A DNA stretch of 64,000 nt from Clostridia bacterium (GTDB lineage Bacteria > Bacillota > Clostridia > Oscillospirales > CAG-382), in contig JAFRPL010000032.1 in the NCBI GenBank assembly GCA_017429165.1, forward strand, positions 173,007 through 237,006, in the 5' to 3' direction. Below are positions 7,965 through 14,783 of this stretch, piece after piece. Both the position numbers and the translations under genes were made by a program. How positions within the stretch are numbered: the stretch's first letter is position 1; each line of letters begins with the position of its first letter. The notes under the pieces are model-generated. The model was not told where the DNA came from. It saw only the letters and a program-made list of their open reading frames with translations, and did not search any database.

Positions 7965-9902
7965 ATGCCCTCGTTTTATGCCAGAGTGACGCTCAACTAT
8001 TCCTACGCACAGAAAATGATAGAAGAACAGAAATCGCCTTTTTCGGATTTTGTGAAAGGATTCCCCGCGGAAGCCGGATGCGTATCGGTGAACGAAAGGT
8101 TCACGTTCGGTATATTCCGCGTAGTCGCTTCCGACTCCGATTCGTGCCGCGGGATGATAAAAGAAGTCTGGGACCGCACGTCGGAAGGCGACGGCGGCGA
8201 TATAAGCGTTTTGCTGACTCCCGACGACGGCAGCAGCACCGCCGAACTGATGCGCGTCATTTATAACGTGTATTACGGCGTGGAGCCGTATCAGGCGCTG
8301 GTCACCGAACTGACAGCGGCGATCCCTCTGCTCAAAGAACGCGGAGCGCTTGGCGCCGTCAGAAAGCGCAACTACCTGTTCGCCATCGACGGCGGATGCG
8401 GGTTCACGCGGCTGCTTTCGTCGTTCGGCGACTATCTGCACAAGATGCAGGTATACGAATCCACCGAGGAAGAGCGGACCAAATACATAGAATACAAGCT
8501 TTCAAAGGAAAGCGGCAATGGCTTTACGGGCGTGGACGATTTTATCGGCGCGCTGCGCGAAGGCACCGAAAAGCCCGACCTGAGCATTATAGGCGTTGAT
8601 ATTTCGTCTTTTCTCGAAGGGCAGAAATTCGACGAGCTCAGAAACGTGCTCCGCCGCATGGAACGCTACCAGAACGATTATATCTTTGCGTTCCGCATTC
8701 CCTTTTTGGAAAAGAAAGCCATGGACGACGTGGCGTCGGTCATCGCGGACGTGTTGTATTTGAAAGTGATACAGATCCCGCCGCTCCACGATGCCGTGAT
8801 GTACGATTTCGCCTGGGACTGCATACGCGACCTGGGTTATTCTTGCGACAGCACGCTGGCGGAAACGCTGTTTGCGCGCATACGCAAGGAAAAACAGGAC
8901 GGCCGTTTTTACGGGTTCAAGACCGTTGAAAAGATCATAAACGAAGCCGTGCTTATAAAAGCGAACCGCGACGCCGCCGAGGAATACGCCGGCAGAACGG
9001 TCGACCGCAAGACGATAATGCCCGCCGACGTGGAGGCGCTGAACCCCAAAGAAAAAGCCAAAAAGACCGGCTACGACGAGCTCGCCGAGCTCATTGGCAT
9101 GGAAAAGATAACCCAAAAGGTGCGCGAGATCGTCGCACAGGTCAGGTATTCGATGAAACAGGAAAAAGTCGACCGCCCGTGCATACATATGCGCTTTGTT
9201 GGGTCTCCCGGCACCGGCAAGACCACGGTGGCGCGTATAATAGGGCAGATCTTCCGCGAAGAAGGCATTCTGCGCAAGGGCGCGTTCATGGAATATTCCG
9301 CGCGCAGTTTATGCGCCGAATACGTGGGTCAGACCGCGGTGCGCACCGCCGCGATATGCCGCGACGCGTACGGGTCGGTGCTGTTCATAGACGAAGCATA
9401 CGCCCTGTACGACGGTTCGCGTTCGAGCAACGACTACGGCCGCGAGGCGCTGACCACGCTCATTTCGGAAATGGAAAACCACCGCGACGATATGCTCGTC
9501 ATAATGGCGGGCTACACCGACGATATGGAGACCCTCATGCAGGGCAACGCCGGATTGCGAAGCCGTATGCCGTTCATGATCGAATTCCCCAACTACACGC
9601 GCACCCAGCTTTACGAGATATTTATGCTGATGGTGAGAAAGAATTTCGACTACGAGCCCGGGCTCGAAGAGGAAGTCCGCAAATTCTTCGATTCGATATC
9701 GCAGGAATACTACGACTCGCACGAGTTCGCCAACGCCCGCTTCGTGCGCAACCTTTACGAGCGCACCTGGTCCAAAGGCGCCACCCGCGCCGCGCTCGAA
9801 GGTCTGCCCCGGCTGAAACTGCTCAAACAGGATTTTATTGCGGCGAGCGGCGAAAAAGAGTTCGGCGAAAAGCTGCAGAAAGAAACGCGCATAGGCTTTT
9901 AA
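7965..9902 (+). CDS. AAA+ ATPase, SpoVK/CbbX-like, with long N-terminal extension
   Basis: ATG 7965 with AGGAGA upstream. The C-terminal AAA module has Walker A GSPGTGKTT, Walker B VLFIDEAY and LVIMAGY. The N-terminal ~400 aa contain a degenerate AAA-like segment (NYLFAIDGGCGFTRLL ... LSIIGVDIS). Confidence 0.85.
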   Translation: MPSFYARVTLNYSYAQKMIEEQKSPFSDFVKGFPAEAGCVSVNERFTFGIFRVVASDSDSCRGMIKEVWDRTSEGDGGDISVLLTPDDGSSTAELMRVIYNVYYGVEPYQALVTELTAAIPLLKERGALGAVRKRNYLFAIDGGCGFTRLLSSFGDYLHKMQVYESTEEERTKYIEYKLSKESGNGFTGVDDFIGALREGTEKPDLSIIGVDISSFLEGQKFDELRNVLRRMERYQNDYIFAFRIPFLEKKAMDDVASVIADVLYLKVIQIPPLHDAVMYDFAWDCIRDLGYSCDSTLAETLFARIRKEKQDGRFYGFKTVEKIINEAVLIKANRDAAEEYAGRTVDRKTIMPADVEALNPKEKAKKTGYDELAELIGMEKITQKVREIVAQVRYSMKQEKVDRPCIHMRFVGSPGTGKTTVARIIGQIFREEGILRKGAFMEYSARSLCAEYVGQTAVRTAAICRDAYGSVLFIDEAYALYDGSRSSNDYGREALTTLISEMENHRDDMLVIMAGYTDDMETLMQGNAGLRSRMPFMIEFPNYTRTQLYEIFMLMVRKNFDYEPGLEEEVRKFFDSISQEYYDSHEFANARFVRNLYERTWSKGATRAALEGLPRLKLLKQDFIAASGEKEFGEKLQKETRIGF

Positions 9903-9957
9903 GAAAACGCAAAACAAAAGGAGCTTTTCCGTGAAATGCACGGAAAAGCTCTGCTTT

Positions 9958-12222
9958 TTATTCTGTTATCCGGCGTTTTCGGCGAAAGCGGAAGGTAGTA
10001 GCGAAAATGGCTTTGTCGGCAAGAAGTATGAGCTGCGGCAGCACCGTAAGCACCGCCAACACGGATATCACCGCTCCGCGGCCCACGGCGTGGCCTATAT
10101 GGCCCACGTAAACGTCGCTTACGCGGTAAGCGATTATGAACCCCGCGGCCGCCATTATGGCGCCGGAAGTGATAAGAGTGGGGAAGCTTTCGTTGACCGC
10201 GCGTTTGACGGATTCTTTTTTATCGTACGTCTTGCGGTTTGCGAGATACCGGCTCATCATAACTATGGCGTAATCTATGGTGGCGCCCATCTGGATCGCC
10301 GAAACGATCATATACGTGACAAAGGAGGCGCGCATACCGAGAAGGTACGGGATCGAAAAATTGATCCAGATACTGCCTTGGATAACGAACACCAGCACCG
10401 CCGCCGCGACCGGGCTTTTGAAGGTGAACAGCAGTATAAGGAACACAAACACCACCGTCAGCACGGAAATGAGCACCGAGTCGCTCTTATACGAATCGCG
10501 CAGGTCGCGCGCCACGGCGATATCGCCGACTATGAGCGCTTTCCCGGACCCGAACTCGTCTTCGCAGATCGAGCGCAGAGTTTCGACGAACCGCTCGCTT
10601 TCTTCGCCTTCCACCGGCAGCGAAGTGCTTATCAGCAGCCGGTCGTATTCTTTGCCGCAAAGCTGAGTGTACGCGGTCTCGAGCTGAGCGCGGTAAGCCG
10701 AAAGCATACGTGTCTGTTCGGGCGTGAGCGCGACGGCTCCCGAATCGATCTTGCCGAACAGATACATCGCTACGTCAACAAGCGGGAACGCGAACCCGGA
10801 TCCGTCGTCGACGAGCGCGCGGATATCGCCGTTTTCAAGCCGAAAACCCTTGTAGAGCAGATCCGCATCTTCGCGGCTCACTCCAAAAAGGTTCGCGAAT
10901 TCCGCGGACGTGAAGCGGTCGGTGACGTATCCGCCGCCGAATTCCGCGCTTGCGAGCCCCAAAGCAGAGACCACGGAAGGAAGCCGCGTTATCCTTTGCA
11001 AGGCGGCGCGCTGAGCGCCGTATTCGCCCGCCGGGACCAATATCACCGCCTCGGCGCCCGGATGAAAAGTTTCATCTATGGTACGCATGGCGTCGCGGCT
11101 TTCGGAACTCACTATTTCGGAGACCGACGAATCGCTGAAAGCGTATTCGGTCTTGCCGGAAAGGATCACCGCTGCGGGGAGCGCGCACGCGAACACTATG
11201 AGGAACACCGGTATCTTTTTGGCAAGGAACGCTCCCCATCCGCTGATATCCGGCACGAGCGAGCGGTGCACGGTCTTCTTAAGCGGTTTCTGGAAGACGT
11301 ATATCATACACGGCATAAGCAGGAACACGGTGAGCATACTGCACACGATCCCTTTTGCCAGCACTGTGCCGAGATCATATCCCAGGCGGAACTGCATAAG
11401 CATCAGCGCGACGAGGCCCGAAACGGTGGTCAGCGCCGAAGAGGATATTTCTTTTATCGATTTGGAAAGCGATACGACGAGCGCTTCCCTGCTTTCGGGG
11501 CACTGCGTGAGTTCGAATTGATACCGGTGGGCGAATATGATGGCGTAATCTATTGCGAGCGCGAGCTGAAGTATGACCGCGACCGAATTGCTGATGGAAG
11601 ATATTTCGCCCAGCCAGTGATTGGTGCCCATATTGAAAAGCGCGGCGAAAACAAAAACTATTGCAAAAACGACCACTTCGAAATAGCTTTTGGAAGTGAA
11701 AAGCAGCACGGCGGCGATAACGACGGCGGCTATTGCCATCACTCCGATCATTTCGCTTGCGAGTTTATCTATGTAATTATTGCCCATTTTGGCGTAAACG
11801 TAGTTTTCGTGACCCGATACCAGTTCGCGTATCTGCTCTACCGACCGCGTGACCGACTGCCCGCCGGGGCGCGACGAAAGAGACACGTCAAACAGCGCGA
11901 CGTTATCTTTGAAATGCGAATCCGACGAATCGAACTCCGTCATAACGACGTTTTCCACGCGCGATATTTCGTCGGCGATAGACTTTGCCTGTTCAAAGGT
12001 CACGCCTTTGACCATCACGCGCGCGGATTCGAACGGCGGGAATTCTTCTTCCATTGCGGAAAGTCCGCGCCTCGTTTCGGAGCTCGGCGGCAGAAAAGCC
12101 GCGAGTTCGCCGTTGGTCTTCACTTTTCCCAGCGAAAGGGCGCAGTACACCGCGAAGACCGCGAACAACGCGAGTATGATATGGCGGTATTTGACTGTGC
12201 GCGCAGCGGCGGAATATGCCAT
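9958..12222 (-). CDS. MMPL/RND-superfamily membrane transporter
   Basis: Track ORF 9958..12402(-), trimmed to ATG 12222 (MAYSAAARTVKYRHIILALF...). It has two multi-TM bundles, each preceded by a large soluble loop, which is MMPL-like topology. The 884-aa plus-strand ORF over it is a shadow frame. Confidence 0.85.
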   Translation of the reverse strand: MAYSAAARTVKYRHIILALFAVFAVYCALSLGKVKTNGELAAFLPPSSETRRGLSAMEEEFPPFESARVMVKGVTFEQAKSIADEISRVENVVMTEFDSSDSHFKDNVALFDVSLSSRPGGQSVTRSVEQIRELVSGHENYVYAKMGNNYIDKLASEMIGVMAIAAVVIAAVLLFTSKSYFEVVVFAIVFVFAALFNMGTNHWLGEISSISNSVAVILQLALAIDYAIIFAHRYQFELTQCPESREALVVSLSKSIKEISSSALTTVSGLVALMLMQFRLGYDLGTVLAKGIVCSMLTVFLLMPCMIYVFQKPLKKTVHRSLVPDISGWGAFLAKKIPVFLIVFACALPAAVILSGKTEYAFSDSSVSEIVSSESRDAMRTIDETFHPGAEAVILVPAGEYGAQRAALQRITRLPSVVSALGLASAEFGGGYVTDRFTSAEFANLFGVSREDADLLYKGFRLENGDIRALVDDGSGFAFPLVDVAMYLFGKIDSGAVALTPEQTRMLSAYRAQLETAYTQLCGKEYDRLLISTSLPVEGEESERFVETLRSICEDEFGSGKALIVGDIAVARDLRDSYKSDSVLISVLTVVFVFLILLFTFKSPVAAAVLVFVIQGSIWINFSIPYLLGMRASFVTYMIVSAIQMGATIDYAIVMMSRYLANRKTYDKKESVKRAVNESFPTLITSGAIMAAAGFIIAYRVSDVYVGHIGHAVGRGAVISVLAVLTVLPQLILLADKAIFATTFRFRRKRRITE

Positions 12223-12369
12223 GCCCTTCTTTGCAAACGTTTTGTTCGTACTTTTCAAAAGACGCCTCCGGACGACGTAATCAATATGATACAATATTAT
12301 ACACAAAACGACACGGTATTTCAATACCCTTTTTATACCTCCGCGCCGTCTGTTTTTGGCGCTTCCATC

Positions 12370-12398
12370 TTGATTTTTAAAACCATATGTGCTATAAT
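12370..12398 (+). promoter_or_regulatory. Promoter of tRNA-Leu unit (TTGATT-17-TGc-TATAAT)
   Basis: TTGATT 12370..12375 and an extended -10 TGcTATAAT ending at 12398. It would give a leader of about 80 nt that includes the heptamer repeat. Confidence 0.45.
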
Positions 12399-12429
12399 CC
12401 ACTTTACCGACCGGTTTTCACTTTTATTT

Positions 12430-12478
12430 TCAATTTTTAATTTTCAATTTGCAATTTGCAATTTGCAATTTGCAATTT
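12430..12478 (+). repeat. 7-bp microsatellite (KYAATTT)x7, with the last four units perfect GCAATTT
   Basis: Units start at 12430, 12437, 12444, 12451, 12458, 12465 and 12472. The repeat ends 6 nt before the tRNA-Leu 5' end. Confidence 0.9.
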
Positions 12479-12484
12479 ATATTC

Positions 12485-12567
12485 GCGGGTATGGCGGAAT
12501 CGGCAGACGCGCCGGATTTAGGATCCGGTGGGAGACCGTGCAGGTTCGACCCCTGTTACCCGCACCA
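12485..12567 (+). tRNA. tRNA-Leu(UAG): tRNA-Leu (anticodon UAG)
   Basis: Hand-folded cloverleaf. Acceptor GCGGGTA/TACCCGC, anticodon stem CCGGA/TCCGG with loop TTTAGGA, a long variable arm, T-arm GCAGG-TTCGACC-CCTGT, and an encoded CCA. Confidence 0.9.
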
Positions 12568-12570
12568 TGC

Positions 12571-12597
12571 AAAAGACCCGCTTAAGCGGGTCTTTTG
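12571..12597 (+). terminator. Rho-independent terminator of tRNA-Leu
   Basis: GACCCGC-TTAA-GCGGGTC followed by TTTT. Confidence 0.75.
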
Positions 12598-12600
12598 CAA

Positions 12601-12860
12601 TGATATCCGTTCCTTCCCCATTCCCCAAAACTCGCTTCGCTCGTTTCGGGGGCCCCTTGGGGCGCCGGAACGGGTGATATATGCTTCGCATATGATATCC
12701 CCTTCGGGGGTGATATACGCCTGCGGCGTATTGACGGGGTCCCCACAAAACCCGCGGGTTTTGTGGGGGTGTCAGGAACGGGTATTATATCATATTGCGA
12801 CGAAGGAGCAATATATCATACGGCGCAGCCGTATATCATATCGCGTCAGCGATATATCAT
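12601..12860 (+). repeat. Micro-hairpin array A (GC-rich hairpins separated by GATAT/ATATCAT spacers)
   Basis: ATATCAT at 12787, 12813, 12833 and 12854, separated by ATTGC..GCAAT, ACGGC-GCA-GCCGT and ATCGC-GTCA-GCGAT. Earlier hairpins are ATATGC-TTC-GCATAT, CCCC-TTCG-GGGG and ATACGCC-TGC-GGCGTAT. There is a perfect 28-nt palindrome at 12741..12768. Confidence 0.7.
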
Positions 12861-12895
12861 TTATCCTGTGTTATGAATATTCTGACCAAACAGTA

Positions 12896-12937
12896 CAAAT
12901 CCGAACCCAAGGCCTATTGGCGAAGGGTTCGGATTTG
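12896..12937 (+). terminator. 13-bp-stem hairpin closing array A
   Basis: CAAATCCGAACCC (12896..12908) pairs with GGGTTCGGATTTG (12925..12937), followed by the T-rich TCGTTTATTTC. Confidence 0.5.
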
Positions 12938-13007
12938 TCGTTTATTTCGGCGATCTGAATTTGACCTCAGGCAAAAAAACCAAAAATGAAAAACGGAGGT
13001 CAAGAAA

Positions 13008-13365
13008 ATGAATTTGAACATCGGTAACATCGGAGTCTGGGGGCGCGGGTGTCCGGTGGACACCTCTGCCGAAGGCAGAAGCGCTGACCGAGCCGGCAGG
13101 CGAGATCCGGCATTATGAATATCTCAAACAAAACCGCCCGTCCACCGTCGGCGTTATGCGTATGAACGGAACGCTTGAAGGGTATCTCAAAGAGGTCAAC
13201 CAAGAAGCAACAGAAATGCTTGAAACGCTCGTCCGGCAGTATGCAAAGGCAGAAGGCGTCACAGAAGCCCTCAAGCGATCGGATCAGCTTGAATGGGTAC
13301 GCCATATGAATAACATCCGCAACCGCGCCGAAGAAGTCGTTCTGAACGACATCATTTACCGATAA
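13008..13365 (+). pseudogene. TnpV-like transposon protein, apparently frameshifted
   Basis: GGAGGT-7 nt-ATG at 13008 opens a 36-codon frame that stops at 13116. TnpV-like sequence (…LPKAEALTEPAGEIRHYEYLKQNRPSTVGVMRMNGTLEGYLKEVNQEATEMLETLVRQYAKAEGVTEALKRSDQLEWVRHMNNIRNRAEEVVLNDIIYR) continues in another frame from 13018 to 13365. Confidence 0.6.
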
Positions 13366-13372
13366 ATGTAAG

Positions 13373-13399
13373 AGGCGGGGAGATCAACTCCCCGCCTCA
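13373..13399. repeat. 27-bp hairpin repeat, copy 1 (AGGCGGGGAGATCAACTCCCCGCCTCA)
   Basis: 8-bp stem GGCGGGGA/TCCCCGCC with loop GATCAAC. Identical to 14686..14712. Confidence 0.85.
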
Positions 13400-13443
13400 T
13401 CTTTATGCTCTGGAATCGAATAAGTGGAGATAGTCAAAAACCC

Positions 13444-14439
13444 TTAACTAAGTTTTTGAATTTCTCTTTTCGCCCAATCGACACACTCGCCGTCGTTAAT
13501 CCCGTAGTCATCGGCAAGAGATTTGATAATCATTTTCCAAACATCAATCGCTTCGGCATTCTTTTTAATCTTGGTATACAGAAATGCTTGAGCGTAAAGC
13601 GCATCCAATTCTTTTGGAACAGGAGCTGCCTCGTATGACTGCTGATATAACTGCAGTGCAGCATCGATGTCATGAATGTTATCGAATCTTTCTGCTATCT
13701 TGAAAAGTAATTCGCAGTCGCGGTGGTTTTCATTCGCTGCGGAACGCCAAAGCGCAATCGCCTTGTCTTTGCGTCCCAAAGCAAGTTCAATATCCCCTTG
13801 ATAAATCTCAAATATTGGTCTTTTTTTAGATGACAGCATCAGAGAAGCAGCATCATCGCAACGACCGTGCGTGATATAAATATCGATCAATGTTTCTACG
13901 AGAATATCGTTCTGTTTATTTTTTGAATACAGAGCTTCAAAAAACTCGATTAAACGATCCGATTCGTCTCGCTTTTCTCTGATTCTTGTCAGTTTTCCAA
14001 TCAAAGCAATGTTTGAGGGCTCGATCAACAATCCTTCTTCGCAGAGCCGACCGCAAGCCAGTAAATCTCTGTTTTCACGATGTTCATACAACTCTACGAG
14101 AAGAATTCGTGCGTTGTTGTTCTGTTTTTCTTCGCTCAATAAACCTTTGAGATATCGTTCTGCCCACAAAAAGTTTTCGGGAGCTATCGAATACTCATCC
14201 CGGATCATTTTGCTGATTCGCTCAATATAATCGTCTTTATTCATTGAAAACAGCGTATCGATGCTGACGCCGAAAAACAAGGCAAGCTGAGGGAGAATTG
14301 CGATGTCTGGCGTTGTTGCGTTTGTTTCCCATTTAGAGACTGCTTGAAAAGATACGCACATTCTGTTCGCAAGTTCTTCTTGCGTGATACCCCGCTCAGT
14401 ACGAAGTTTCTTTATTGCTGCGCCAAGTTTAAGTTCCAT
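13444..14439 (-). CDS. XRE-family HTH regulator with TPR-like C-terminal domain (paralog 1)
   Basis: N-terminus LGAAIKKLRTERGITQEELANRMCVSFQAVSKWETNATTPDIAILPQLALFFGVSIDTLF is a Cro/C1 HTH. The remaining ~260 aa are helical-repeat-like. GGAGG RBS present. Confidence 0.85.
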   Translation of the reverse strand: MELKLGAAIKKLRTERGITQEELANRMCVSFQAVSKWETNATTPDIAILPQLALFFGVSIDTLFSMNKDDYIERISKMIRDEYSIAPENFLWAERYLKGLLSEEKQNNNARILLVELYEHRENRDLLACGRLCEEGLLIEPSNIALIGKLTRIREKRDESDRLIEFFEALYSKNKQNDILVETLIDIYITHGRCDDAASLMLSSKKRPIFEIYQGDIELALGRKDKAIALWRSAANENHRDCELLFKIAERFDNIHDIDAALQLYQQSYEAAPVPKELDALYAQAFLYTKIKKNAEAIDVWKMIIKSLADDYGINDGECVDWAKREIQKLS

Positions 14440-14465
14440 AAGGATACCTCCAAATAATAATGATG

Positions 14466-14494
14466 TTTATCACGTGACATATACATTATATCGT
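14466..14494 (-). promoter_or_regulatory. Candidate promoter of XRE-TPR paralog 1 (TTGAAT-17-TATAAT, minus strand)
   Basis: The reverse complement of about 14460..14520 reads TTGAATtctattatactcgacgaTATAAT. Coordinates are approximate. Confidence 0.4.
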
Positions 14495-14527
14495 CGAGTA
14501 TAATAGAATTCAATAAACACTTGTTAG

Positions 14528-14563
14528 AATCAACTCGCTTGTTGAGAGAATAGCGAGTTGATT
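14528..14563. promoter_or_regulatory. Perfect 12-bp-arm inverted repeat (operator candidate)
   Basis: AATCAACTCGCT (14528..14539) and AGCGAGTTGATT (14552..14563), upstream of the XRE-TPR promoter. It shares a CAACTCG/GAGTTG core with 22059..22073. Confidence 0.5.
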
Positions 14564-14650
14564 TTCAACCGAACATTTGCCCTTCCTAAGCAAAAAAACT
14601 TATACATTAGGCGAGTATATAATAAATGGCACCGAGCCAAATTATACATT

Positions 14651-14676
14651 TATAATTGACAACTATAATTGACAAC
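14651..14676. repeat. Tandem 13-bp duplication TATAATTGACAAC x2
   Basis: Exact copies at 14651..14663 and 14664..14676. Each carries a TATAAT hexamer and a TTGACA hexamer. Confidence 0.85.
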
Positions 14677-14685
14677 GCAAAAATA

Positions 14686-14712
14686 AGGCGGGGAGATCAA
14701 CTCCCCGCCTCA
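14686..14712. repeat. 27-bp hairpin repeat, copy 2 (also the likely terminator of the sigma gene on the minus strand)
   Basis: Identical to 13373..13399. On the minus strand it is followed by a T-run (CCTTATTTTTG). Confidence 0.85.
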
Positions 14713-14783
14713 ATGATTTCAGCAAATAATTTCAAGAAAAACAATACGCCTTTTATCAAAACATCCACGTCCCAAGCTGTTAT

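Noticed and set aside
12456-12483. Promoter inside the heptamer repeat (TTGCAA-16-TATATT)
   Set aside because: The predicted start would fall inside the mature tRNA-Leu (starting at 12485). The upstream TTGATT-17-TGcTATAAT promoter is a better fit.
9931-12585. 884-aa plus-strand ORF, the second longest in the track
   Set aside because: It is antisense to the MMPL transporter gene and runs through the tRNA-Leu gene and its promoter. Its composition is Arg/His/Gly-rich low complexity, typical of shadow frames in GC-rich coding DNA. It has no RBS.
12601-12860. CRISPR-array interpretation of the ATATCAY-spaced repeats (also 21790..21870)
   Set aside because: The constant unit is only 7 nt and the variable inserts are 13-19 nt and themselves palindromic. 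There are no cas genes and no 28-37-nt repeats, so this does not fit CRISPR architecture.
12449-12958. 169-aa ORF across the tRNA-Leu region
   Set aside because: It reads through a tRNA gene, its terminator and the hairpin array. The apparent peptide (…ISPSGVIYACGV…) simply reflects the palindromic repeats.
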